DNA of 59,618 nucleotides, the filler included, from Basidiobolus ranarum (Eukaryota), in NCBI GenBank assembly GCA_040143965.1. It is 11 parts of 11 records of this genome, joined end to end, with 100 filler letters (N's around TTAATTAATTAA, not from the genome) between each part and the next. Parts side by side here need not be neighbours in the genome. Positions count along the whole stretch, not along the records: positions 10,883 to 16,220 come from JASJQH010008503.1; positions 16,321 to 21,655 come from JASJQH010008504.1; positions 21,756 to 27,088 come from JASJQH010008505.1; 8 more parts are not named here. One strand, given 5' to 3'. Of this stretch, positions 11,239-22,689 are shown in pieces. The notes beneath the pieces are model-generated. The model was given only the letters and a program-made list of their open reading frames with translations, did no database searches and was not told the origin of the DNA. Position 1 is the first letter of the stretch, and the number at the start of each line of letters is the position of its first letter. The position numbers were made by a program, and so were the translations under genes.

Positions 11239-13230
11239 TTATGACTTATATTCCCTTGTTGTGACAACTCTGTCCAAATTTTCTATATAGGGGTGTTTAA
11301 TAGTTGGCAAAGTAGCCATTTTTAAAGTTGATGGTCTTGACAGTGATTCTGTTAAACTTTGCTCAACTATTGATTTACTTTTTAAATGGGGGATTACAAT
11401 ACCTTCACTTGCTCTATTGGTGGAAAGGAACACATCTGTTATATTGATTAATCCTTCATCATTACTTGAGTTAGTTACTGGCATGTTGATGGCTTCCAAA
11501 GTGGATAGTGGATTGCTAGACTGCTAATCATCTAAGTCCACTGTTCTTGCTGATTTTTTTCCTGTGTGTTCACAGGCTTTTATTTGGAATCTAATATTGA
11601 TTTAGACTTTGAACACTATTTGAAAGGCATTGAAACTTTCAGATGGTAAACTTGGTGTAATAAAATTGCTTAGAAACAGCTTATGAAATTGCTTAGAAAC
11701 AGCTTATAATAAACCAAAATTGCCATCCAATACCGGAAATATCTTGTAAATCCCCTGATGACTCATCTGTGGGACCACCTCAGAATTAGCTGATGACCAT
11801 AATGGGATATACCTAAAATACTACCCTTATTTAGGAGGTGTTCTTTCTCCACAAGACCCTTCTCATGCAACAAAACAAATGTGTAAAGAAGCACTGCTAT
11901 TATTATTACAAATACTTGTACTATGAAAGCCAGAGGCTTCATAGTGAAAGTAATCAAAAGTAAAGTCACCAGACAAAGCCACCAGTTGCACAAAGCCTGG
12001 TGAATAATAATTGTAATAAGTGCATGAAGTTGACTTTAGCTTTGCCCACAAGTCCACTTGCTGTGCTTTACCTCAAAGTTTTGGTAACACTGCTGAAAGT
12101 CAAGATACCGTGGAGTTACCACAGTTATATGACCAGAATGATGTTGTTTGTTACAGACTTTTTATTGTGTAAGCATTAGTCCATTCACAACACTTACTGT
12201 AAAGCAAGCAGCCTTGATTAGTGAGGAGCTGAGAGTTTAATCCAATCTTAGCAACCAGGTGTTTATTAGTTTTCTTACACTTTTGTCACAGTTGATTGGC
12301 AACTGTAGCTTGCTACAGACCTGGCACAAGTAGAAAAGACTTGTGAATTGTATGAGTGATAATCCTTCACTAATTAAACTACCTTCATGCCCAAATGTTT
12401 GTTTGGCTGTCACCAGCAATCTGAAAAACCTGAAGTCATGTACTGTTTGCACACAATTAGCAATCACTGAATCAGGCATACAGCATTCAGATGTGGTTTA
12501 CATGCTGTAGATTTCCCATCTCAAAGTTCCGATGAAATCATGCACATATTGATCATTGATCTATTACCAAAGTACTCACTGTAAAGCTGATGGTATTACC
12601 AGTATACTTGATGGATATCACAACCAGAGTCTGAAAAGTCAATGATTTTTTGAGAACATATATGATCATGCATTTTCATTGGCTCTGGTTGGTTTGACAC
12701 TAAAGAAATATACCGTTGAAAGCTTGCTGGCCAAAAAATTAAACTAATTTAATTCTTCCCTCTTCTGAATGGTATGAGAGTAACAGTAGATTGATACCAT
12801 CCATCATATCTGGACCTAAATCACCAGTGCTTATAGATAGCTTCTTGAAGCCTTTGATTGTGGAAATTGAACAGTTATCTAATGAGGCTTGGTTGGGAAA
12901 AAAAATTCTTAAAGCTAGTGTTGTTGTATATATTGTTGACACTTGTACCATCAGTAAACTTGAAGGTTTTTGCAGGCACAATTCACCATCTGGCTGTAGA
13001 TCCTGTCAAATCACTGGAGTTTACTCTACTGGGCATATGCATTATTACTGTCCAAATACAACACCAAATTCCATGACTTTATCATCAAGAGCTAAGTCAG
13101 GTTTCAAGATGTGCACTGATATCAATTGATCAAATAGTCAGTCTAACATTAAACTTGGGATTAGCTGAAAGCCTAAGATTGTATTGCCAAAGGGGAACAG
13201 CTGCAGCCAGAGCTTCGTATCAGGTACTAT
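11239..13230 (+). mobile_element. CACTA element core: ORF2 5' part (minus, 11239-11730) and transposase (plus, ~11800-13230)
   Basis: ORF 12791-13129 IISGPKSPVLIDSFLKPLIVEIEQL...HNSPSGCRSC is Transposase_21-like. Collinear with contigs 1 and 6. Confidence 0.85.
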
Positions 13231-15360
13231 AGACTTGTTCCATTGGACCAGGTTTCATTGTGCTACTTGATCCAGCCTGCTAACACACTATTTGGTGCAA
13301 TTGGTCAGTTACCATGGCTAGGACCTATAACACTCAATTGGATACTATAAGGAACAATATGGCACCATTCCATCAAAATCCAACACAATGATTTTTTTGG
13401 AGATATTGTGCCAGCTTGTCCAAATTACCCAATTTAGTATTACCAAATTATGATTTTAGATAACTGGCAAAGCAACTTCATCCCCTGGTTTGTAACTTGC
13501 CAATTATTGGGTATGTAACATCAAAGAGTTTAAACTATAACTCACCCAATCAAATATATAACCAAGACATTCACATGCTTTTTGGCCCATTGTTTGTCTC
13601 TGACTCACTCAATATTCTGATCTCCAATTGGGCCCATGAGCTTCTGCATTATGAAACACCATTAGTTTTGGCACACCAGTGACAAATCACAGCAGTCAAT
13701 GATGGATCTATGTACAGTGTGATAGTATTGATCAGGATCACTTGATTCATCATTTTTAGAACATCAAGTTATTCATTCAATCATGTAAACTTCTAACTGA
13801 ATGAGATTGTGAATGGATTGAGCCATATTAAGCCAATATGGCTACACAAGCTTTTTATTGACAGATACTTTTCATTTAATTGTAGTGAAATTGCTTGTAT
13901 CAATAGGCTTTCATTGCTTTTTTTGATATATGACAATGTCATGCTATCAGTGTTTCACAAAGACATACACAGTCATGATCTAACTAAGGCATTTGATGCT
14001 GTAATTAACTGCAATCCATGTCAATTAGGCAAGCTGTGTTAAATTGTAAAGCTGGCATAATGTAAGTATTAAAAACAGCATTCAGCAGTTGCCTGGGTTT
14101 GAAGTGGTACATGCTAATTTGCTTCTGTTGTTTTTGTTGTCTCCTTGATACTTCCATGGAAGGAACTATGCTTGAACCTATGCACCAGGTTGGTTGGCTT
14201 GATCCTGCTGAAGTTCCTCTACCTTGGCCAGCATGAGTTGTGGCTTGCAGTTGGTGCACAGTGGTAAGCATTGGCTTGTCTGGTCAAGTTTGTGGTTCAT
14301 TTGTATGTAAAGTTTGTTGTTCAGATATGGAGCCTTCACTTAATGTATCAACCAGCCAATGCTGCAGGTGCACAGTCCTACACATCAACCTGGAATGTCT
14401 CACTTGTGGTTTGTGCTCAACAGTTATTGATTTTTCAACCATAGTGGAAGCTTCATCTCTTATGACTGGCCATGCCATGGATGCATGGTAGTATGTGTTG
14501 GAGCAAGTCATTTATCTTGAGGTTTGTACTTGGCAGTTCTTGCCTCTTCAATGATGGTGGAAGATTCATATCTTTCAACTGGCTGCTGTGACCTCTGTCA
14601 CATGGCAGAATGTGTTTGAACACATTGTTTACCTTGAGGGTTGTGTTTGACTTCAGTGGCTTCCTCAAGCTCAGTAAGAGCTTCACTATCTCTCTCAAAC
14701 ACACATTGTCTTGATCTCATCGGGGTACAACTTGTAATGGATTGCTGTCTTTGTAGTTTGCTCTCAGGTGTCAGATCTTGATCCAACAAAGTGGAAGGTT
14801 CATAATTCTTGGAGTTAGCCTTTGTTGCTGTCGTGTGGTATTATGTGTCAAACTAGTATATCAATCTGGCGGCACACTCTTTGAAGCTGACTCTTTTCCA
14901 GATGTAAGAAGCTCACTTGTTGGTTTGGTTGAATCAGGTAAATCACAAGCAATGATATGTGAGAATGCAGGCCATCTTGTTTCTGGTTATTCATTGACTG
15001 CTTGCTCTTCATCAAATATGATAGAAACATCACAGACTCTTGCAAGCTGCATTGCTCTCAATGTGCACTACAAGCTGTTGAACCAACTTGTTTGGCTTGT
15101 GCCCTTGATGGATGTGTTACCTCAACTCTGGTGATGAATTGTAAAGATTCTTCTTGTGAAATAGATACCTTGTCAGAAGTCTCTTTGATTTGGAATGATC
15201 TTGTATGTCTGTGCTATGGCCTGGACTGCTCTAATCTGCCTTGGGAATATCTTCTGATTCAGTAAATTGTCTGGCTTGTCTCTTTACACCTCTGTTAATT
15301 ACTCTTACCATAGTGTCCTGATATTTTGTTTTGAACTCTGCAACTTCCATCAACAGTTGC
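13231..15360 (-). mobile_element. Unclassified repeat (family X) beginning with a MITE-like terminus, with decayed minus-strand coding region
   Basis: Starts AGACTTGTTCCATTGGACCAGG where the CACTA transposase breaks. 13231-13430 matches 16021-16220; 13600-14540 matches 24700-25630 (ORFs 14005-14271 and 25168-25494 are homologous). Confidence 0.55.
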
Positions 15361-15510
15361 TACAAGGACTCATTGAGTAGTCATAGGTTTCTATTTAGAA
15401 CACCTTTTGTCTCAAAAGTTGAGGCCACAATGGTTACTTCTAGTGTAGTTGTTTGAGGGTGTAGGCAGTTACTATAACTGGAATATCCTAAGGGTTTTGT
15501 GAGGTGTTCA

Positions 15511-15829
15511 AAGGGTGCAATAACTATTGGGAAATACGGGCTGTTTGGAGGAACTTTAGAAGAGTGGAGTTGTGAATAGCCTTGTGAGATGATTAATCAC
15601 TGTCCAGAAATGAGGTATTTATACATTTTGGTGGAAATACAGAAAACTAACACTGGGGTTGTGTTCAGAGCATCTGTGGGCATCAAGTGAGCTATCTCTG
15701 GGGAAATTTGTATGAGTTTAAAATTTTCAATATGGAATTGCTAATTCTCACATTATTCATATACATATACAATGTATATTCTAATTTGCAGTTAAGTGAT
15801 ATTTGACTAAGTATTCTTAACTAACTTAT
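15511..15829 (-). mobile_element. Copia family D LTR (partial) with degenerate PBS
   Basis: Homologous to 3886-4190; interrupted at 15830 by family C. Confidence 0.8.
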
Positions 15830-16020
15830 TGTCATGATTCTGATCTTGGCATACTAATCCACAGCAAATAGAACTCTTCTATTATTATATTATGCCATCA
15901 TATCTGCTATGCCATCCCTTCTTGGCAATCTTGTGTTAGTCCATCCAGATTACCTTATACAGAAGTCATGTTCTTTGGAATATTCCATGAAACCTAACCA
16001 ATTGTGTCATCCCACACATA
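15830..16020 (+). mobile_element. Family C LTR-like repeat, 5' part
   Basis: High similarity to 4834-5024. Confidence 0.75.
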
Positions 16021-16220
16021 AGACTTTTTCCATTGTACCAGGTCAGATTGTGCCACTTGATCCAGCCTGCTAGTACACCATCTGGCATGATCTGTCAATT
16101 ACCATGGCTGGGTCCTATAGCACTTGATTGGACACTATAAGGAACAATATAGCACTATCCCACCACATTGGACACAAAGATTTTATTGGAGATATTGTGC
16201 CAGCCTGTACCAAGTAACCT
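16021..16220. mobile_element. Terminus of a GGACTTGTTC-family TIR element, truncated by contig end
   Basis: AGACTTTTTCCATTGTACCAGG follows ATA and matches 13231-13430. Confidence 0.7.
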
Positions 16221-16320
16221 NNNNNNNNNNNNNNNNNNNNNNNNNNNNNNNNNNNNNNNNNNNNTTAATTAATTAANNNNNNNNNNNNNNNNNNNNNNNN
16301 NNNNNNNNNNNNNNNNNNNN
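16221..16320. other. Artificial contig linker
   Basis: Same 100-bp spacer. Confidence 0.99.
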
Positions 16321-17766
16321 TGTAGAGATATTCTGCTTGCTGCGAAATCGGCAAGTATTACAATTTTAAATTACACTGGGGTAATAAGTCAATATTGCGA
16401 AAAATGAAGCTTGTAGCGAGAATACTAAGAATGTGAACTAACGGATTCACTTTTTCGCATGTTGGTTTAAAAACTGCCATATCTCAGCTTGCTAGTCAAG
16501 CTAAATCGACTCATTCAAGAATCTGCATATATAAAACTATCTCTGAGAGTATTGCTTCGTTTGAGCATGAAACCATCTTGCCACCAAAGATGAAAATTTT
16601 CGATAGAGTGAATCAAGTTTGAGGATATATTCAATAATTCTATTTTCCTTGATTGTGTCAAGGTAAGTCGCAGCAGTATAAATACACGATATCTGATTTT
16701 AGAAACACACTGGCATAGAAAATTCTACAGTTGATAAATGTGGGGCAGCCAACTACTCCCAAGTGTATTGAAGGCAATCTCCAGAATTCATTTGATATAA
16801 ATGTCTAATGGTCACTAAAGTTGTTATTTTACATATACACAAATCCTTACTTCAGGGGAGCACTGTCAATTCTTTTCAAACCATCTATCATTCCCAATAT
16901 TGTCAGATGACTACTGTGGGATAATGAATCTTTGTTCAATTTCTTATTTAATTTTGACTACAATACATGTATTACAAACAAGTAAGTATTGTATCCATAA
17001 CCCCTATGTTTAAATTGAGAATATTTTTATTTATATAACTAGTGTGTCTATTATCCCCATTTGTCCATTATATCTCATTACAAAACTCCTCAATATCTGA
17101 AGCAATTGGCTTACCTCTCTGCTAGATAAGTCATCATATTCTGTTAATAATAGAGCAGCCAAAACAGTATCACAAATTGTCTCTAAGCAACAAAGTCAAT
17201 CCTCATTATGACCATATCCCCAACAGTCACAAAAAGTTATTTTGAGTACAGAATGTTTCTTGGGGATATGTACAAAGCCTTCACTACAAAAAAGCTGGCA
17301 AAAGGAACACAAATGAATACTGACTAATTTCTTGGGTATATTGTATTTATCTGCTCAAATCACAATTGAATATTATCAAATGCTGACTTATTCATTGGTA
17401 TTGTCTAAACCTCCTTATTACAATCGTGAATCTATTTACAATGTTATCTCATGACTTAACAGGAATATCCATGACCCGGGGATTATAGTGTGCTAGACAG
17501 CAATATGTAAATCATTAGTCATTCCAGTACGAGATAAATTCAACACTAAGATGGAGAAGGAGATAAAATAGTGACTAGTTACTAGTATCCGATAGATTAG
17601 TCTATTAATAACCTCCCCAAATAAGGATACCGATGATAGCAGCCCATTGGTAATTAAAGTCACTAGCTAATCCTATCCGATATCTCAACCCAAGTCAAAA
17701 TTCTCTACCAGTGATCATAAGAATATATGGTTTATTCTAATATAATATTCAAGTTAATAAACTCCT

Positions 17767-19074
17767 CTATATACACGTTTCATCACCACAGCTGTTATCA
17801 GAAGGATTGGGTTCACGGTAAAACGGTGAACTTTCCAAACATTCCGCAAGGTTGACCAATTTCCATCCTATACTATGTAGATATTCAATGGCACGCTGAG
17901 CAAGAGGAATGGTTTTGGGATAATTTTCAGGTCTGAAGTCGGCCGTGGTATTCCAAACATCATGATTCAGGGAGATGGATTTGCCAACTTGAGGGTTGGT
18001 TGGCCCGGTTTGATCAACATATTCTTGGTACATCTCATTAATAGAATTAGCAGGATTCCAATCAACAGGATCGACACTCCATGTAACAACGGTGTAGCCC
18101 ATCTTCTGGAGGATTTTGCGTGATGAACTATCGGTGTCACCATAGGGAGGTCTCATACAAGTAGGAACCTTTCCGAGGATCTTCGAGAAGGCATGATTCA
18201 ACTTGGTCATTTCATAAACAACCCTCGATTCACTCACTGTAATAATATCAGTGTGAGCCCAAGTGTGTGAACAGATTTGGTGACCGGAATTGTATGCACG
18301 CTTGACAACATCAGCCAAGTCGTAGATGCTTAGAGTGGGGTTTCCGGTATCTGCGTTCTTTTCGTTAAGTCCATTAACGAAGAAGGTGGCCTTGACATTG
18401 ACTCTATCTAGATAATCTAGCAATCCTGAAGTCAATACACTTGGTCCATCATCGAAGGTGACGGCAAAAGTTTTCGGTGCAGTACATTTGGTGATGACTT
18501 CGGCTTCCTTTTTGTCGTCACAACCTCCGAAATCCTTCTGGCAACCGGCAGCACAATGATCAGATGTGTAGCCACAATGCCCCCATTGACTACAGCATAA
18601 GCCTGATGCACAAGAGCCGTATCCTGAGCCACATTTTTCATCAAGGTATCTCAATGCTCCTGGAGTTGGAACAACGGTTGAAGTGGTTGTAGGTTTGTCG
18701 TCATTACACTGTCCAAACTGCTTTTGGCATCCACCAGTACAATGGTCAGATGAGTAACCACACCAACCCCATTCACTACAACACAAGCCGGCTGCGCATG
18801 AACCGAACTCGGAGCCACATTGCTCGTTGAGTTGCTTCAAAGAAGTTGGAGTAATTTCCGAAGTAGCTGTCTGCTGAGCACCGTTGCAGTTACCGAAACT
18901 GCTCTGACAACCTGCGGCACAATATTCGACGCTGGAGCCACAATAGCCCCATTTACTACAGCATAAGCCAGGTGCACAAGAGCCCAAACCTGAGCCGCAG
19001 CGACCATCGCTAGGGGTAGCTTCGATAGATACTGCTGCTAACACAGTAATAAGTATAGGAAGGACTGATTTCAT
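17767..19074 (-). CDS. Secreted chitin deacetylase: signal peptide, 3 hevein-type CBM18 modules, CE4/NodB domain (435 aa)
   Basis: Intronless ORF. Three CG...C..G.CCS.WG.CG....C..GCQ..FG.C repeats. CE4 motifs TFDDGP, HTWAH, RPPYG, DPVDW, LNHD. First ATG at 19074. Confidence 0.96.
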   Translation of the reverse strand: MKSVLPILITVLAAVSIEATPSDGRCGSGLGSCAPGLCCSKWGYCGSSVEYCAAGCQSSFGNCNGAQQTATSEITPTSLKQLNEQCGSEFGSCAAGLCCSEWGWCGYSSDHCTGGCQKQFGQCNDDKPTTTSTVVPTPGALRYLDEKCGSGYGSCASGLCCSQWGHCGYTSDHCAAGCQKDFGGCDDKKEAEVITKCTAPKTFAVTFDDGPSVLTSGLLDYLDRVNVKATFFVNGLNEKNADTGNPTLSIYDLADVVKRAYNSGHQICSHTWAHTDIITVSESRVVYEMTKLNHAFSKILGKVPTCMRPPYGDTDSSSRKILQKMGYTVVTWSVDPVDWNPANSINEMYQEYVDQTGPTNPQVGKSISLNHDVWNTTADFRPENYPKTIPLAQRAIEYLHSIGWKLVNLAECLESSPFYREPNPSDNSCGDETCI

Positions 19075-20654
19075 AATCAAATTCTAAATGTCTGAGAAAT
19101 GTCGAGAGAGATTGAAGTTTATAAAGAAGATGAGTTTGTATGGAGAAGAGGGAATTATCCAACTCAAGGAACTAGTTGTGCCTATGAGATCATTGAAATG
19201 CCGAAGTGGCTGTGAATTCATTGGCAGCTGCAGATAGTAGTAGCAATGCAAAGGTAACACAAAGTGTGCTGGCGCTAACGTCGCGTACCAGGCACGCTAC
19301 TAGTTGAGAAAGATTATACCATTTCCTATTTGAAATTAGGGTTGATAGCTAGGCACCCAGGAAATTCCATAAATGGAAGACGAATTTAGTAAAAAAAATG
19401 CTATTTTAGCCATCTAAAAATACATTGGCTGTAACCGATTTGGACCCAGATGTCAATTAGTCATATGTTCGAAGGAAATTGTTGGTGATGGAATTTTATA
19501 GTGTCAAGAATTTAAGCCTAATCTATAGTCCACGTGGAGAGTGCTATTCTGGATCTGAAAAACTCGAAACCTTAAGACCATATGACTCTACTAAGGCCAG
19601 TTTTTTTGGCAGCGACGGTATCATTGCAGTTGCAGTGAGTGATGCAAATGCCGAAATCTGGTGGAAAATTTCCCTGGAATCTGGCAAGTTTGAACCGCTT
19701 TATTCGTTTCAGTAATTGATTAGCTATCCAGATCAAGTTAAAAATAACTACAAGTGTGAGAATCGTTTCTGATGTTGAGATTCCAAATTGTGATAAAGGG
19801 TTAAATTAGTGTCCTGGGTGGGCGCTTGCTTTACTTCCTTAACTTGATTCCATAGCACACACCATACTTCCTTAACGTTTCCACAACAAACTGGTTGTTA
19901 GGGTTAGGGTTAGTCAAACTAGCGGCTATAGCCCCATCGATTTTCGGTACTTGAATAGCTAAATCATGAAATCATCTTAACCTACATAGTTGATGTGGTT
20001 GTAATGATATAAGAATAAGGGAGGGCAATCAAGATAGGCATCAAGCAAATCATGTGTAGCACTGATTAAACCACACGCCAAATAGTCTGGATAACTGTTT
20101 ACTCTCATAGTTATCGTTCCATTCAAATATTATGCTGGAATTATCCATTCGGGTAACAAAAACACTTCCCACTTTGGTAGTCTTACTACCATCAAGAAAT
20201 TTACCGGCTGACTTAGAGTTATTGATAAAAAGTACTTTCAAGTATATTGTGTCCAACAGGAAAGTTTATTCTGTATTCGTGCCACCAGAAAATCTGTCAA
20301 TAGAATTCTAGAGCAAACTCTATATCCGGCATATTGATGTTGAATACACCTTTAACCGAGGTTACCTCGATCTTTTCCCGCTCAACCAACCAAACGGCAT
20401 TGGACAAATCATCTGGCCAATAAACATATGGTGACAGTCTCATCGGGCAAATGTATCCGGATCAGAGCTGTTGGGTTAACCTTAAATGGAATACTGAGAC
20501 GTTTACCACTTTCCTTAATACAATAGGTGAAAGTACCTATTTAAAGGAGTGCAGAAATATTTCACCCAACAAGCTCAATAACCGATCCAGTTGATAAACT
20601 CTAATGGTGGCCTGCTGTGGTTATCTACGAAGCCGCTAAATCTCTGCTGCTGTT

Positions 20655-21090
20655 TATTCAAATTAGCATTGCCTAAGAACCTACATAGTCATCTGTAGCT
20701 TAATATTTAGTTATCCTATACTTCACTAAGATATCACTCATCACTCTCAATTGCAATATATTTGGAATATTTTTACATACTTAGAACTTCTCAGATATTA
20801 GATTTTTTAAACTTGTGCTAGAAGCCCTAAACTTTGCACACATGTTTCTGGGATCTTTCTTAGCACATTAAACATGTTATTTTTCTTACACCTGGACAAA
20901 ACTATAAATATCAACTTTCAACTCAATAAATCCATAAGTTGACACTACCAGTTTCTCTATTTCTCCAAACCACCTCCAACAGGCTCCCAAAATACATTAA
21001 TAGGTTATGAGCACTGGACTTGAACTCTATGTAATGTCTACTTCTCAAATATCTGGAACTTTTCCCTGGTCTGAAAAATTGCACAGTACC
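20655..21090 (+). mobile_element. Copia family A 5' LTR (20655-21002), PBS and gag start
   Basis: LTR-A homology; GGTTATGAGCAC follows immediately, then ATGTCTACTTCTCAA as at 50805 (minus). Confidence 0.85.
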
Positions 21091-21111
21091 AATTATCTGT
21101 CAAAGTTTTTT

Positions 21112-21427
21112 AGGAGCCTGGTGAAAGTGGTTTAGAGATTTATACAAATTAATGTTTTCACTTACCAATCTAGTGAGTTAAAAGTTGAAATTTGTAGTTC
21201 TGTCAAGATCCAAACAACCTGACATGTAGAATATGTTAAGGAGGGTTCCAAGAATATATGTGCAATGTTCAAGGGCATCTACCACAAGTTGGAAAAATAT
21301 ATGTACTTAACAGCTTCTGAGTAAATACTCATTGCAAATAATAGGTAATATCTTAGTAATATACAGGAATACCAAACAATAAGCTATATTTAACTATGTA
21401 GATATTTAGATGATACTAATTTCAATA
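21112..21427 (-). mobile_element. Copia family A LTR, inverted degenerate copy
   Basis: Ends ...CTAATTTCAATA; reverse-complement similarity to 20655-21002. Confidence 0.75.
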
Positions 21428-21655
21428 TATTCAGCACCATTACCAGCCTCTATCTTCTTGACTTTGTTTCCAGTTTCAGTCTTGGTAAGTGTCTCAAAGT
21501 CTCTAAAGACAGTGAGAGCTTCTTTACTTTCCAAAGAGTAGAACAAAGTGTGTTTTGTAAAATCTGCAATAAATGTGATTACATATCTCTATCCACCTAA
21601 AGTTAAATATTGCATAGGTCCACACAAATATGAATGATTTAAATTAAATTTAGGG
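21428..21655 (-). mobile_element. Copia integrase fragment
   Basis: Minus-strand HSYLCGPMQYLTLGG*RYVITFIADFTKHT...ETGNKVKKIEAGNGAEY. Confidence 0.85.
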
Positions 21656-21755
21656 NNNNNNNNNNNNNNNNNNNNNNNNNNNNNNNNNNNNNNNNNNNNT
21701 TAATTAATTAANNNNNNNNNNNNNNNNNNNNNNNNNNNNNNNNNNNNNNNNNNNN
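21656..21755. other. Artificial contig linker
   Basis: Same 100-bp spacer. Confidence 0.99.
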
Positions 21756-22681
21756 AAAACTGCAGTAAAAGGAATATTCCGGTATTGGAGAGGCCCTGGA
21801 GAGCTAGTTCTGGAGTACTCGGCCACTCCAGATGCACAAATTTTGAAGGCGACCGTGATGCAGACTGGGGAAGAAACCTTGATGATAGAAGATCAACAAC
21901 TGTATACACTTTTCTCTATGGTAATGGAGCCATAACTTGGAATAGTAAGAAGCAACCAACCATAGCACTTTCCACTGCAGAAGCAGAGTATATGGCTGCC
22001 TCTGCTACTACACAAGAAGCTATGTGGTTAAGGAAGTTATTTACAGACGTTGGATACATGCAAAAACGTGCTATTACTGTATTTGAAGATAATCAAAGTT
22101 ATATTTCATTAGCTAAAAATCCTACATTTCATGCTAGAACAAAATATAGAGATATTAAGCATCATTTTGTTAGAGAAGCAATAGAGAATGATATAATTGA
22201 ACTTGTCTATTGCCATACTGAAGAAATGAATGCTGATATTTTAACCAAACCTTTAGCTAAAGCACAATTTGAATTATCAAGATATAAGTTAGGTTGAAGA
22301 GAAATACAAAATAATTAGTTGAGTGGGAATGTTGAAATTAGGTATATAGCAGCTCATTATACAGTAGTTAGTTAATTCATATTCAGATTATTTAGTATGC
22401 AACTCTGTCATTCAAAAATGTGTGTTTATTGCACTAATTTATACAAATATCAATTAGATCACTTTTATCAATTTTCACTATTTTCTCAAAACTTCTCCAA
22501 ATCACCTCAAATTTTCACCCATGCTTAATAGGCATCTTTGTTATGAACTAAGCATGTCCAATAGTCCTATTTCATAGTAAACTATAAATAGGACATATTC
22601 AATTCAAGAAAACTTAAGTGTCTAATTCGCATATTCAAATCTTGTCCAAAACACTTCCAAATCCCCTAAACACTTTTATCA
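21756..22681 (+). mobile_element. Copia family B 3' end: RNase H, PPT, 352-bp LTR (22330-22681)
   Basis: ORF DADWGRNLDDRRSTT...SKKQPTIALSTAEAEY...EDNQ...ADILTKPL. PPT AGTTGAGTGGGAA; LTR runs TG...CA. Confidence 0.93.
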
Positions 22682-22689
22682 GTATACTT

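Noticed and set aside
17565..17690. Imperfect inverted repeats (TAGTGACT/AGTCACTA) downstream of the deacetylase
   Set aside because: Short, single copy in the window, no TSD.
19897..19913. GTTAGGGTTAGGGTTAG as telomere or telomerase RNA template
   Set aside because: Under three units, internal to a contig, and no supporting RNA structure that I can see.
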